In this document: positions 1-11,541 of the stretch, one piece after another | How the letters are laid out: each line of letters begins with the position of its first letter | Position numbering within the stretch: position 1 is the first letter of the stretch | Assembly: GCF_006345805.1 (NCBI RefSeq) | Contig: NC_043000.1 | Coordinates: 57,350,001-57,414,000, forward strand | Source: Octopus sinensis | Taxonomy: Eukaryota | DNA: 64,000 bases | Direction: 5' to 3' | The notes under the pieces: model-generated | What the model saw: only the letters and a program-made list of their open reading frames with translations | What the model was told of the DNA's origin: nothing | Databases searched by the model: none | Program-made: the position numbers and the translations under genes

Positions 1-123
1 GCAACTGACAAGCAAATCTGTGGTGTTGAGCACATACTTCTGCATTAGCATCTCAGCTCTGAATGGAAAATAGGCAGGTCAGTTTCAAAATATTAATGTC
101 CAGGTCACAAAAGCAGAGTTTAA

Positions 124-343
124 CCCTTTCGTTACCAACCCAGCTGAAACCGGCTCTGGCTCTGAGTACAAATGTCTTGTTTTCATAAGTTGTGAATTAA
201 AATCTTTCACCAAACCTTAGTCACAATTTATGTTCCTAACACTAGCTGAATGATAACTAAGTTATTATACTAAATTCTTTGTTATATTTAAAGTAATTGA
301 AAGAAACATAGAGCATCTCAAAATAAATACAGTAACAAAAGGG
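124..343. mobile_element. piggyBac-type MITE
   Basis: TIRs CCCTTTCGTTAC (124-135) and GTAACAAAAGGG (332-343); TTAA on both sides (120-123, 344-347); no ORF. Confidence 0.85.
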
Positions 344-491
344 TTAAAGGGAATAGGAGTCATTTTCATTGATTTCTAAATAAGATTAAAGACAAAATAC
401 AATAAAAAATTTTGCTACACTCTCATTGACTACAGTGTGTATCTGTGCTGAAATTGGTTTCAAACCCAATACAATGAGTATAAGTAATAAT

Positions 492-700
492 TGTTTCTAA
501 TTTAGGCTCAAGGCCAGCAATTTTGAGAGGCATGTGATGGGGCTAGTTGATAACAACAACCCAAGTGGCTGACTCTATTTTATCAACCCTGAAAGATTGA
601 AAGGATAAGCTGACCTTGGCAGGATTTGAACTCTGAATGTAAAGAGCCAGTACAAATGCTAAGGTATTTTGTCTGATGCTCTAATGATTCTGCCAATCTA
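492..700 (-). mobile_element. tRNA-derived SINE (family B), decayed
   Basis: Reverse complement resembles the better-preserved copy at 34985-35190 (B-box-like GAGTTCAAAT, GCCTTTC(A/G)TCCTTTC body). Confidence 0.7.
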
Positions 701-1250
701 CTGGTCTCAGTATCACTAATGATATGACAAGAGGGACTGAACATTATAACAAAGAAAACTTGAGTGAAATTTTATCCATTTTTATGTTTATGAAACAACA
801 AGGGAGCTTCTAATGTGTAATTTATCAACCTGCTAGAAATAGCAGGCAGATTTCTCTCAAGTTACACTCAATCAATCAGCTGCCAATGCTGATAACAGTG
901 CCATTGCCCATCACCATGTTTTCAGAGCATTTCTAAATAGAGCAGAATAAACATAGAACTAAAGAAATAGCACACCTTGATTATATTTCGTCATTGTCAT
1001 GCAATATTCACTTTTCTAGGCATGGGCCAGACAGAATTTGTTGAAGCAGATTTTCTACAGTCAGATGCCCTTCCTATCACCAACCCTCACCAGTCTCCAA
1101 GCAAAGTAATATTTCTCTATAGCCAGACATGTTTTTTATAGAAGACTAGAAACAAACAACCATAATTGTATGATAATGATGCTCATTTGCAACCAGCACA
1201 TGATTAAACATACACATATATATGAATATATATATATATATATATATATA

Positions 1251-2293
1251 AATCAAAATAGATGAACATCAATGGAATCTGTATCTTTGTGGTACCAGTG
1301 CCGGTGGCACACAAGAGAACCATCCGAACGTGGCCGTAGCCAGTTCCGCATCGACCGGCCTCCGTGCTGTGGGCACGTAACAAACACCATCCGATCATGG
1401 CCGTTCGCCAGCCTCATCTGGCACCTGTGTCGGTGGCACATAAAAACACCTTCCGAAGACCCAGCAAGACTAGTCAGTCCACCTGTGCATACCTTCCTTC
1501 TTGTGACACTTGTGAAGACCGGTTGAGGCAAGTGAAAATCAAATCAAATCAAAATAGACAAAATAGATGAACATCAATGGAATTTGTATCTTGTGGTACC
1601 AGTGCCTGTGGCACACAAGAAATCCATCAGTGCCGTAGTCAGTGCGGTGGGCACATGACAAACACCATCCGATCATGGCCATTCGCCAGCCTCATCTAGC
1701 GCCTGTGTCGGTGGCACATAAAAACACCATCCGAAGACCCAGCAAGACTAGTCAGGCCATAACCCATGGCCCCTACCTGGGACGTAGTCAGTCCACCTGT
1801 GCATACCTTCCTTCTTGTGACACTTGTGAAGACCTGTTGAGACCAGTGAAAATCAAAACAAATCAAAATAGATGAACAGCAATGGAATTTGTATCTTTGT
1901 GGTACCAGTGCCGGTGGCACGTGGCACATAAGAAAACCATCCGAACGTGGCCGTAGCCAGTACCGCATCGACTGGCCTCCGTGCTGTGGGCACGTAACAA
2001 GCACCATCCGATCGTGGCCGTTTGCCAGCCTCATCTGGCACCTGTGTCGGTGGCACATAAAAACACCATCCGAGCGTGGCCGTCTGCCAGCCTCGTCTGG
2101 CACCTGTGTCGGTGGCACATAAAATCACCCACTACACTCTCGGAGTGGTTGGCGTTAGGAAGGGCATCCAGCTGTAGAAACACTGCCAGATCTGACTGGA
2201 CTGGTGCAGCTTTCGGGCTCCCCAGACCCCAGTTGAACCGTCCAACCCATGCTAGCATGGAAAGCGGACGTTAAATGATGATGATGATGATGA

Positions 2294-2297
<4 letters not shown>
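1251..2297 (+). mobile_element. RTE-tail-type retroposon with three tandem ~305-bp 5' units and a (GAT)n tail
   Basis: AAATAGATGAACA(T/G)CAATGGAAT recurs near 1256, 1561 and 1866; the 3' module GTTAGGAAGGGCATCCAGCTGTAGAAAC...CCATGCTAGCATGGAAAGCGGACGTTAAA(TGA)n is shared with many copies in the window. The RTE link is inferred. Confidence 0.7.
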
Positions 2298-2334
<37 letters not shown>

Positions 2335-2335
2335 T

Positions 2336-2366
<31 letters not shown>

Positions 2367-2370
2367 TATG

Positions 2371-2730
2371 TGGAGGTGCAATGGCCCAGTGGTTAGGGCA
2401 GCAGACTCGCGGTTGTGGGATCGCGGTTTTGATTCCCAGACCGGGCCTTGTGAGTGTTTATTGAGCAAAAATATCTAAAGCTCCACAAAGTGGAGAACCC
2501 TGCTGTACTATTTCACCACAACGTTCTCTCACTTTTTCTTCCTGTTTCTGTTGTACCTGTATTTCAAAGAGCCAGCCTTGTCACACACTGTCACGCTGAA
2601 TCTCCCTGAGAACTACGTTAAGGGTACATGTGTCTGTGGAGTGCTCAGCCACTTACACATTAATTTCACGAGCAGGCTGTTCTGTTGATTGGATCAACTG
2701 GAACCCTCATCATTGTAACCGACGGAGTGC
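2371..2730 (+). mobile_element. tRNA-derived SINE (family C)
   Basis: A-box-like TGGCCCAGTGGTTAGG and B-box-like GGTTTTGATTCCC head, then a unique body; related head at 20372. Confidence 0.8.
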
Positions 2731-2769
2731 CAAGACGCACACACATATAAATATATATATATGAATATA

Positions 2770-4051
2770 TCAGGTCATCCCATAAGTTCTGTCCAAATTT
2801 TGAATAAAGAAAACAAGTGATTAAATGTTATATTTAATTGAAATTTAATCATCAATGTACTTTCCCTGATTATCTATGACTTCCTTCCATCTATTTACAA
2901 GCTTTTTAATCCCATCAATGTAAAACTCTTTTGGTTTCAAAACAAAGAACTCTGAAATGTCAGTTTTCCACCTCCTCCTGGCTTGCAAAAGTTATGTCCC
3001 CCAAATGATTCTGTAAACTATGAAACAAATGGTAGTCTGAAGGAGCAAGGTCAGGAGAATAAGGTGGATGAGGGATTTTTTTCCCAACCAAGCTCTTTGA
3101 TCTTCAGTGATGTGATTTTTGCAGTGTGGGGTCACGCATTGTTCTGATGAAACATCACTCCTTTTCGATTCAATAAAGTAGGTCTTTTTTCCTTCAAAGT
3201 TTGGTTCAAACACTCTAATTGCTGCAGTAGACTTGAGCATTGATTGTTGCATTAGGTGGTAACAATTCAAAGTGAATTACTCCTTTGAAATCCCACCAGA
3301 TAGAGAGAAGAACTTTTTTCTCATTAAGTTCCCTTCTCGGTTGTGGTTGAGCTTTTTCCCTTTTACCAAGCCACTGTTTACGACATTTAACATTTTGATA
3401 GAAGATCCATTTTTTGTCACCAGCCACAAGTCTATCTAAAAAGGGTGAAATGAGTTCGTGAGAATGGAGAGAAGAGCAGATGTCAACTCAGGGTTTGTGG
3501 TTGCTTTCAGACAATTCACGAGGCACACATTTTCCAAATTTAGGAACCTTTCCAAGTTGTTGAAGATGACGATGAACAGTTGTATGGTTTGAACTAAGCT
3601 TTATTGCCAGTTCTTCAACTGGTAATGCAAGATTTTTTTTTAATGCCTCAAAGAGCTTATCATCAAACTCAACTGGACGTCCTCTTCGATCTTCATTTTC
3701 AAGGCTGAAATCTTCACTTCTGGATTTTGCAAACCATCTTCTGCAAGTTCTTTCATTCAAACATTCTTTCCCATAAACTGAGTGTATGTCTCGAGTCGCT
3801 TCAGCTGCAGAGTTTCCTTTTTTGTACTCATAAAGCATTATGTGCCTGAAATGCTCTTTGGATACTTCCATGTTAGATAGGATTTTAATCAAATAAATTT
3901 TAATTCTACTATCCTGTAAAATAATATTTAATTAGTTTAAATGTACACAAATGCATAAAAATAATTCTTAATTCCATTAGACATTCTAAAATACTATTAA
4001 ATTTCATTCAATTTAAAAAAAGTTAAAATCAGACAGAACTTATGGGATGAC

Positions 4052-4055
<4 letters not shown>
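2770..4055 (-). mobile_element. Full-length mariner with disrupted transposase
   Basis: TIR TCAGGTCATCCCATAAGTTCTGTC and its reverse complement; TA target duplication; 1286 bp; ORF 3488-3892 encodes a mariner HTH region (HFRHIMLYEYKKG..RRWF..DRRGRP), continuing in frameshifted pieces (GDKKW, SIWWDFKGVIHFELL). Confidence 0.95.
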
Positions 4056-4125
<70 letters not shown>

Positions 4126-4336
4126 TATATATGACTCAGGCAGATGTTAAATAATGATGATGATGATGATGATGATATATATATACATACATACATACAC
4201 ATATATAGAGAGAGAGCAATAAGAAAATAGAGGGGATCAATAGGTGGTATTCATCAACTTTTAGACATTATATTATGTCGATTTATTTATTTATTTACTA
4301 AAAGGAAAATTATAACAATATATATGTATATATAGT

Positions 4337-4545
4337 TAATCCAAACAAGAAAGCACAAAAAAACACAACAACGCGAGGACGTGGAACACATATAGTATTA
4401 TTGGACGCTCAGGAGAGAAGGAAAGAAGGAGGGTTTAACGTTTCGAGCGGAGCTCTTCGTCGGAAACATAGGAGAAGGAAAGATCCAGAGAAGGGAAGAC
4501 AGAGGAAAAAAAATCGCCAACGGTACACATGAGGTCACAATTTCC
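4337..4545 (-). mobile_element. Short Penelope-like (pLTR-type) repeat carrying a minimal hammerhead motif
   Basis: Purine-rich repeat; similarly organised copies at 8161-8310 and 21040-21160; contains the motif at 4433-4467. Confidence 0.55.
4433..4467 (-). ncRNA. Minimal type I hammerhead-like motif (U4C, extra A after A9, loopless stem III)
   Basis: Minus strand reads GUUU-CCGACGA-A-GAGC-UCC-GCUC-GAAAC-GUU-AAAC: P1 4 bp, P2 4 bp, palindromic AACGUU stem III. Confidence 0.55.
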
Positions 4546-4736
4546 AAAAATGATTTCAAAGGGATATGTAATCCTAGTTTTATGTCAGCTAACCAAGCAA
4601 ATATTGGTGATACCAGAGTTAGCAATAAGTTAACTCTGGTAATTTTTCTCGCTTGGTAAGTAACAGTACTAATGATCAGGAGAAAAGATTTTCCACATCT
4701 GTAATTTTATTAAACAGTTATTTACAGCATTCTTTG

Positions 4737-4824
4737 TGGACCTACAGACGTTTCAACTGCCTTAACTGCACATTGCTACATGTGCATCCTGGTGTTATTG
4801 TCAGTAACATTTCATCAGGGTCCA
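4737..4824 (-). ncRNA. Type I hammerhead ribozyme, canonical core (left arm of the fold-back)
   Basis: Minus strand: UGGACC-CUGAUGA-AAU...GUU-GAAAC-GUCU-GUA/GGUCCA; 6-bp P1; predicted cut between 4743 and 4742. Confidence 0.75.
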
Positions 4825-5085
4825 TTATTTTTCAGCCAATTGAAGCTAAGCTGAAGAAACCAGGAAGTTGAATGAATAAATTTTTTTTAGAGGTGTTGGT
4901 GTTACTATAAATAGTTGTAGTTTCATTAACCCACGGTTCACTGCAGCTCAGTTTGATATGTGAAGTGAGGTATAATGAATCAATGAAACTACATCTATTT
5001 ATAATTACACCAACACCTCTTAAAAACAATTTATTCATTCAACTTCCTGGTTTCTTCAGCTTAACTTCAAACAGCTGAAAAATAA

Positions 5086-5173
5086 TGGACCCTGATGAAA
5101 CGTTACTGACAATAACACCAGGATGCACATCTAGAAATGTGCAGCCGATGCAGTTGAAACGTCTGTAGGTCCA
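5086..5173 (+). ncRNA. Type I hammerhead ribozyme, canonical core (right arm of the fold-back)
   Basis: UGGACC(5086-91)-CUGAUGA(5092-98)-AAC...GUU-GAAAC(5156-60)-GUCU-GUA(5165-67)/GGUCCA(5168-73); the P2 insert holds hairpins GUUA/UAAC and UGCACAU/AUGUGCA. Confidence 0.78.
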
Positions 5174-5309
5174 CAAAGATTGCTGTAAATAACTGTTTAA
5201 TAAAATTACAGATGTGGAAAATCTCTGTTCTCCTGACCATTATTAATATCTATCTATCTACCAATATATATCTATATATATATAAAACTGAGAATGTGTA
5301 TGTGTATGT

Positions 5310-5315
<6 letters not shown>

Positions 5316-5397
<82 letters not shown>
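5316..5397. repeat. (TG)n microsatellite, one of dozens of (TA)n, (TG)n, (TATG)n, (TATC)n and (GAT)n tracts
   Basis: Directly visible; such tracts explain most YI/VC/CM-rich ORFs in the track. Confidence 0.98.
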
Positions 5398-5398
<1 letters not shown>

Positions 5399-6202
5399 CC
5401 CAACCACATGGTTTTGGGTTCAGTCCCACTGTGTTGCACCTTTGGCTAACTCTATATCCACATACTCATATATATATATGTGAGTGTGTAAAATATAATA
5501 TAATATAATATAATATAATATAATATAATATATTATTGCAAGCTATTGTCACTTTGTTTCACTGCAAGGAAGGGAATTGTCTTGCCAGAAATCATTCTTT
5601 TATACTAGTTAATCTTGGTGAAGTAAATTTACTTTTATTTTTTTCATCTTTCTTCCTGTATTTTTCTTTTTAGATTTTTTTTTTTTATTTCTGTGTGTAC
5701 TTATTATTTTATATAAGGAGAGTATTATATACCTTTCTCAGTCTATTATAGTTTATTAGCATTAAACTACTCAGACATTTAAATTGATCAAATAAGAGAG
5801 AGGGAAGAGAGAGCTAGAAGAAAGAGAGAGAAGAGGGGGCAGAAGAGAGAGAAAGAGGGGGAAGAGAGGTGGGGGAGAGAGAGAAAGAAGTAAAAGAAGG
5901 AAAGGAGATTTACAACTAAAAATTTTGTTTACAACAAAAACTGCTTTTGTAGCTTTTCACACTGCTACCAAAAATTTCCCTTCACCTGTACTATTAACTT
6001 ACTTCCTCATTCTTCTTCATTCTGTTTATAATTACCTTTACCAAATTCTCCTGTTTATTACTTTCTCTCAGTATTTATAAATGCCCTTTCACTTTTTTGT
6101 CTCTTACTTTCCTTCTGTGTCTAATTATAATTCTTTTTAAAACTTTTGTAGAGTTACTATCATTCTTCTATCACTGACACTCCAGACACAAAGTCATTTC
6201 AA

Positions 6203-6592
6203 TCTATATATATAAAGCTGAAGTAGTCTGTTTGTGGCAGGTTTGGTACCCTTCAACTAACACTATCTCCTCCGAGACCCTGTGGCGCAAGTTGACCAAA
6301 ATTGAGAGTATGATAGAAGAAGGCTTGCTCTTTATTCTGTAGAAGATAAAATTCAAATCGGACCATGTAAAGATGAAAAATTATTTACATCAAAAAGGTG
6401 CTTTTTTTCTATGAAAATCCCTATTTTTTATGATTTTTTTACTGCTGTGTCGCCATTTTTCGGTGAATTTCAACCAGAAAAATGTTCACTTAAAGAGAAT
6501 AACAAGCTACATAATGCAAAATTTTTACTTTTCAAAAATTCCAGTTCTAAAGGGTCAAAACAAACCCGAGCAACGCCAGGCAATACTGCTAG
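6203..6592 (+). mobile_element. Non-autonomous Helitron
   Basis: Inserted between A and T; starts TCTATATATATAAA, ends CTAG; subterminal hairpin-like CCCGAGCAACGCCAGG; no target duplication. Confidence 0.85.
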
Positions 6593-6992
6593 TTTTATAT
6601 TAAATCTATTTATCCTTTATTTAGAAAACTTGTGTGTACAGACATATAAATCCCATCAATTGAACTAATAGTTCATTCCATTTGAAAAGTTTGTATTGAG
6701 TAAAACAAATAACCACTGGTAGGGAATCACATTTATTTTAGTGTAATACACAATAATTATCATCATCATCATCATCATTTTATGTCCTTTTTTATGATGG
6801 CATAAGGTGGGTAGATCAGTATAATTGAAATCAGTTTTTAACAGGAATAAAAATGTTATTACTGCCTTCTATTAGTATAATGAAGAGAAATCATTAATTT
6901 AGCAATAAGATTAAGTATGAATTTAACAATGATGAAAGGGTGCAAAGAAAAATAAGAGTAATCTGTTGTTTTCAAATCATCAATGTTTCTGC

Positions 6993-7085
6993 AGGACACT
7001 GATGAGGTGTAGTGCATGATTACATAATATCTCTACAACTGATATGTAGTTATTTCGGCATTTTGTTGAAATGCATATAAATCCT
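6993..7085 (+). ncRNA. Decayed type I hammerhead-like motif
   Basis: AGGACA-CUGAUGA(6999-7005)...GAAAU(7068-72)-GCAU-AUA-AAUCCU; P1 has two mismatches next to the core and P2 is weak. Confidence 0.4.
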
Positions 7086-7133
7086 ATAAAGCATTGAATA
7101 CCATACCTGTTTTCTACTTATTTTATATATATC

Positions 7134-7308
7134 TAAGAATTTTTTGCGTAATAAGATAAAAAACCAAGGCTGTATAGATATTAGAGCATTTATAGATAGA
7201 AGGTCTTACAGCTGTTTCTAGGATAACAGCTGCAAGACCTTCTATCTATAAATGCTCTAATATCTATACAGCCTTGGTTTTTTTATCTTATTACTCAAAA
7301 AATTCTTA
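7134..7308. repeat. Near-perfect palindrome (arms ~83 bp, 8-nt spacer) at the 5' end of a Penelope-like repeat continuing to ~7430
   Basis: 7134-7216 is the reverse complement of 7225-7308; 7225-7430 is homologous to 22165-22395. Confidence 0.9.
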
Positions 7309-7538
7309 TATACACAATGTTGAACCCTTTATTTGCAATATTACCGAATCTGGAACTTAACTATGGTCTGTCTATATCACTTATTCAGCCTTACCTGACA
7401 CCTTTGGGTCTCAATGACACCATTATCTCATATATATATAAATATATATATTTGCCTCGACTTCGTAATTGTATATATTTATATTCAGTGAAGTTTATTC
7501 ACTGAGGCAAATATCACCAGCTGACCGGTGTCTGCTAC

Positions 7539-7584
7539 TCTAGGCCGATGAAGGACAACGATCCTGAAACATGGTGTCCCTAGA
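7539..7584 (+). ncRNA. Type I hammerhead ribozyme, U4C variant, with extendable stem I
   Basis: UCUAGG-CCGAUGA(7545-51)-AGGA-CAACGA-UCCU-GAAAC(7566-70)-AUGGU-GUC(7576-78)/CCUAGA; P1 extends through CUGC/GCAG, CCGG/CCGG and GCUG/CAGC. Confidence 0.72.
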
Positions 7585-7899
7585 TGCAGTTCCGGCAGCC
7601 GGGGGTGTTTGTCTCCCCTTCGTATATGTATATAAGGACACAGGGAAAAAATGTGTCAAAGCTATCAGGAGGCGTTCGATGCTTCCTAGGGCTATACAGC
7701 GGTGGTGTAACCCCTACTGTCACGTTCTTGTTAGATTAACAATATACAACCATTCTATCGCCCCACCACCGCACATGTCTCTACGAGAGTTTTGGAAATT
7801 CAATATTTCTTATAAAAGATCTTGACATCCTTTTTATTTTACATATAATATTCTTTACATTCTACTGTTGTTTTTTTGCCATTAACTCTGATAAATCAA

Positions 7900-8012
7900 G
7901 ACTGGAGCCTGGTGCAGCCATCTGGTTCGCCAGACCTCAGTCAAAATCGTCCAACCCATGCTAGCATGGAAAGCGGACGTTAAACGATGATGATGATGAT
8001 GATGATGATGAT
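7900..8012 (+). mobile_element. 3' fragment of RTE-tail-type retroposon
   Basis: GACTGGAGCCTGGTGCAGCCATCTGG...GGACGTTAAACGATGATG, as at 2180-2297. Confidence 0.8.
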
Positions 8013-9011
8013 TTATGAGTATTATAAATTTTACGGGTAAAATTTTTTTGGGAAACGAATTACAATTTATAACGTTGCTTCTATGGGAAATTATTGCTCT
8101 ACTTTATGAGTTTTTGCTTTATGAGCAGTTTTTGCTTTATGATAGTTGAAATTTATAGAAAAACAAAAGACAAAGACAGGTGTATGAATAACAAGAAGGT
8201 GTATTAGTTTGATGCTTGGGAAAGTGAGAAAGTCTTTTACATTTCAAGTCTATGCTCTTCAGCAGAAAGGAATAAAAGAAAATAAACAGAAAGAGAATAA
8301 AAAAACCTTGTGGATTTAGCGGTCATATAATATATATATATATATGTATACAGACATGCACACTCTCCATACCTTCTCATTCTTCCTTAACCCACTCCCA
8401 GCCTTTCCAATATACATCATCATCACTTGCTATAATCATGTCTTCCCATATCTCTAAAAATATCCCCTCACACTCTAATGGAACATCCCACTCTATCCCT
8501 TCTGTACTACTTATACCCACCCCTGTTCACTATGGGTAGGCCTCGATACATTTCCAACACCATCTATTTCTCCCACTCACTCACTCTGAATGTCTATCTA
8601 TTTTTCTCTCTGATTTTCTCCCACCTTCCTTCTTCCTTGTCCTACAAGAGAAGCCGAGTATATTCTCTATAGTAAGACAACTATCTCTGTTCCTCTAGCA
8701 TACTCTAACCTTACATATGGCACACAGCCACTTCCCACAGTTCTACTCCCCCTCTCAACTAAGAGGTCTTTGCCTTGCAAGTTACTTGGTGACTCTGCTG
8801 GTGCTGGTGCCACATAGCAAAAAACACCCAGTACTCTGTAAAGTAGTTGATGTTAGGAAGGGCATCCAGCCATAGAAACCATGCCAAGACAAACAACTGG
8901 AACCTGGTGCAACTCTCCAGCTGCCAGCTCCTGTCAAACCATCCATCCCATGCCAGCGTGTAAAACAGATGTTAAATGATGATGATGACAATGATGATGA
9001 TATATATATAT

Positions 9012-9068
<57 letters not shown>

Positions 9069-9595
9069 TGCATACATATACACAGACACAGGCACACACG
9101 TTTATATGTAAAGCTACAGTTCAATAACTGACAATAGTAAGAGAATACGCATGCATGTGTGTGCTTGTCTATATGTATATATATCACCACTATCATCACA
9201 ATCATCATTTTATGTTTGTTTCTCCATGCTGGAATGGGCTATGCAGGTCTCACATTTCTCTGTCACCACCTGTTATAGTCTTTCATCATCTGTCACATGC
9301 AAGTACTAGAGAAAAACTAGCCAACCCTGCTGATGCATATCTTATTACTTTGGTATGGTTTGCATGGTTACACTCTGCCTATCACCAACCACTCTATAAC
9401 ATGAACTGGTTATATTGTTCATGCACCAGCAACAGCATGGTTTTCCTCAACAAAGCTACCGTATTCTGCATTTGTTCATACCTTCTTTTTTTGTTGTAGT
9501 GCGGTATAAGCTTTATTTCCTTGTACAGGACAACCAACTATGACCATCCAGTACATATGTATGTATGCATGTATGTATGTATGTATGTATGTATG

Positions 9596-9663
<68 letters not shown>

Positions 9664-9680
9664 ATGTATGTATGTATATA

Positions 9681-9729
<49 letters not shown>

Positions 9730-9902
9730 CAGATAAATTCTACCTAATATTACATTATTTAATTTCTTTAGAGATGTAGCATGTAATTCTATAGAAATTT
9801 AGGTGCTACTTCAAGCAGGTTGAGTGACTACATAAACTCCTTTTTTGGTTCAGTCCCATTTATATACATATATGTATATGTGTATGTGTGTGTGTGTGTA
9901 CA

Positions 9903-11046
9903 CAGGGGTTGGACAAAATAATGGAAACACCTATCATCATAGCATCAGAATTTTGAAACATCTATAAAACTGTCAAAAGCTTGTTTATTTTTGTTTTTTG
10001 ATTTATTATTATTGTTGTTTAATATGTTTTGCTAAAATTGCTGTTTCTTTTCAGATATCATCAGAAAATGGTAATTAAACTTCATTAAAAGGACAGATCT
10101 ATTGGACTTTCAAAGAGGTCAAATTGTTGGTGCTTGTATGGCAGGCACTAGCATAACGAAAGCAGCCAAAATGTTTGGTGTATCAAGAAGTATTGTCTTG
10201 AAAGTAATGACAGCCTTTGAGAAAGATGGAAAAACCTCCTTGTTGAAACAAAACTCCAGAAAAAACCAAAACTTTCGGATAGGGACCATCAGACTCTTGC
10301 GCAAATTGTTAGACAGGATCTTAAAAGTACAGCTCCTGCAATCAGAAAACCACTACTTTCAAAAACAAACGTTGCAAAGTATTTAGAGAAGAGTAAAAAC
10401 CTAAAGAATTGGTCCCTATAGCAGTGGAAGAATGTTATTTTCTTGGACAAGTCATCCTTTACCTTATTTCCGACCACCAGCCGAGTATACGTGTGGAGAC
10501 AGCTAAAAGAAGCATTTGACACAGACTGCCTTCTTCCAACTGTTATACATGGAGGAGGATCTGTGATGATTTGGAGGGGGGTGCTATATCTTGGAAATCT
10601 GCTGGCTCAATGGTTTCCCTTCATGGCATAATTAATAGTCAAGACTATTAAAGCATTTTTGTCTGATCAAATCCATCTTATGGATGTGGAACTGCTTCTG
10701 GAGGGAAACGCAATCTTTCAGGATGATAATGCATCAATTCACACAGTTAAAGTTGTCACTGAATGGCACAAAGAACATTCTAGTGAAGTTGAACAACTTA
10801 TCTGGCCACCACAGTCACCAGATCTCAATATTATTGAATATTTACAGTGCGTTTTAGAAAAACAAGTAATGGGTAGATATCCTCCACCATCATCAATACA
10901 ATTTCCTTTGGAAACAATTCAAACTTTGTATGAGTCCATACCTCATAGAATTCAAGCTGTAATTACTGCCAAAGTCGGTCTTACCCCATATTAAAATAAA
11001 TTTGTTTGAAATTTTAAGGGGTTTTCATTATTTTGTCCAACCCCTG
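9903..11046 (+). mobile_element. Tc1-family transposon, internally deleted and frameshifted
   Basis: TIRs CAGGGGTTGGACAAAATAATG and CATTATTTTGTCCAACCCCTG; fragments DFQRGQIVGA, DKSSFTLF, HGGGSVMIW, IFQDDNASIH, WPPQSPDLNIIE. Confidence 0.95.
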
Positions 11047-11369
11047 TATATAATTATTTTCAGGATCCAATAGAATTGAGTTATTTTAATAACAAAGACA
11101 CTAAGGTAGAGTCGAGGATAGTATAGCCATGTCTCAACAGTGTATGTGGACATCTATATACTTACTAAAGCATGTACGGATTTGTCCTTTCAGTTATGCA
11201 TACATCCACAAGTATAAACCAAATACACACAATGTATAGGTAAAATCACACAAGAGCATACTCTGGCATGCAGTTCACAGTTCACTGTAGGCTCAAGATC
11301 CAATTCAGGGAAGGTTCCAGGTGTGCTGTAGTATAAATGATAATAGTGAACCTCAGCCCATTTGTGTTT

Positions 11370-11447
<78 letters not shown>

Positions 11448-11541
11448 ATAATATTAGGGAGTATAACTCCAAACTTACAGTGAAAAATTCAATTTAGTAT
11501 TAAATCAAATTTCACAATATAAATCTAAATATATATAAGTA

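Larger units (their letters stand above)
4670..5242. repeat. Long fold-back inverted repeat (arms ~260 bp, 54-nt spacer)
   Basis: 4670-4927 is the reverse complement of 4982-5242 with scattered mismatches and small indels. Confidence 0.95.

Noticed and set aside
1251-2130. Repeat-spacer-like pattern suggesting a CRISPR array
   Set aside because: Eukaryotic context, units are homologous along their whole length, there are no unique spacers and no cas genes.
2371-2440. tRNA-like A/B-box heads here and at 18800-18874, 20372 and 34985
   Set aside because: No complete cloverleaf by eye, and each runs into a multicopy SINE body.
3135-3160. CTGATGAAAC in the mariner
   Set aside because: It is the antisense of transposase coding sequence, with no helices.
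11055-11110. Possible plus-strand micro-exon TTTCAG|DPIELSYFNNKDTK|GTAGAG
   Set aside because: Weak donor, no partner exons and no homology recognised.
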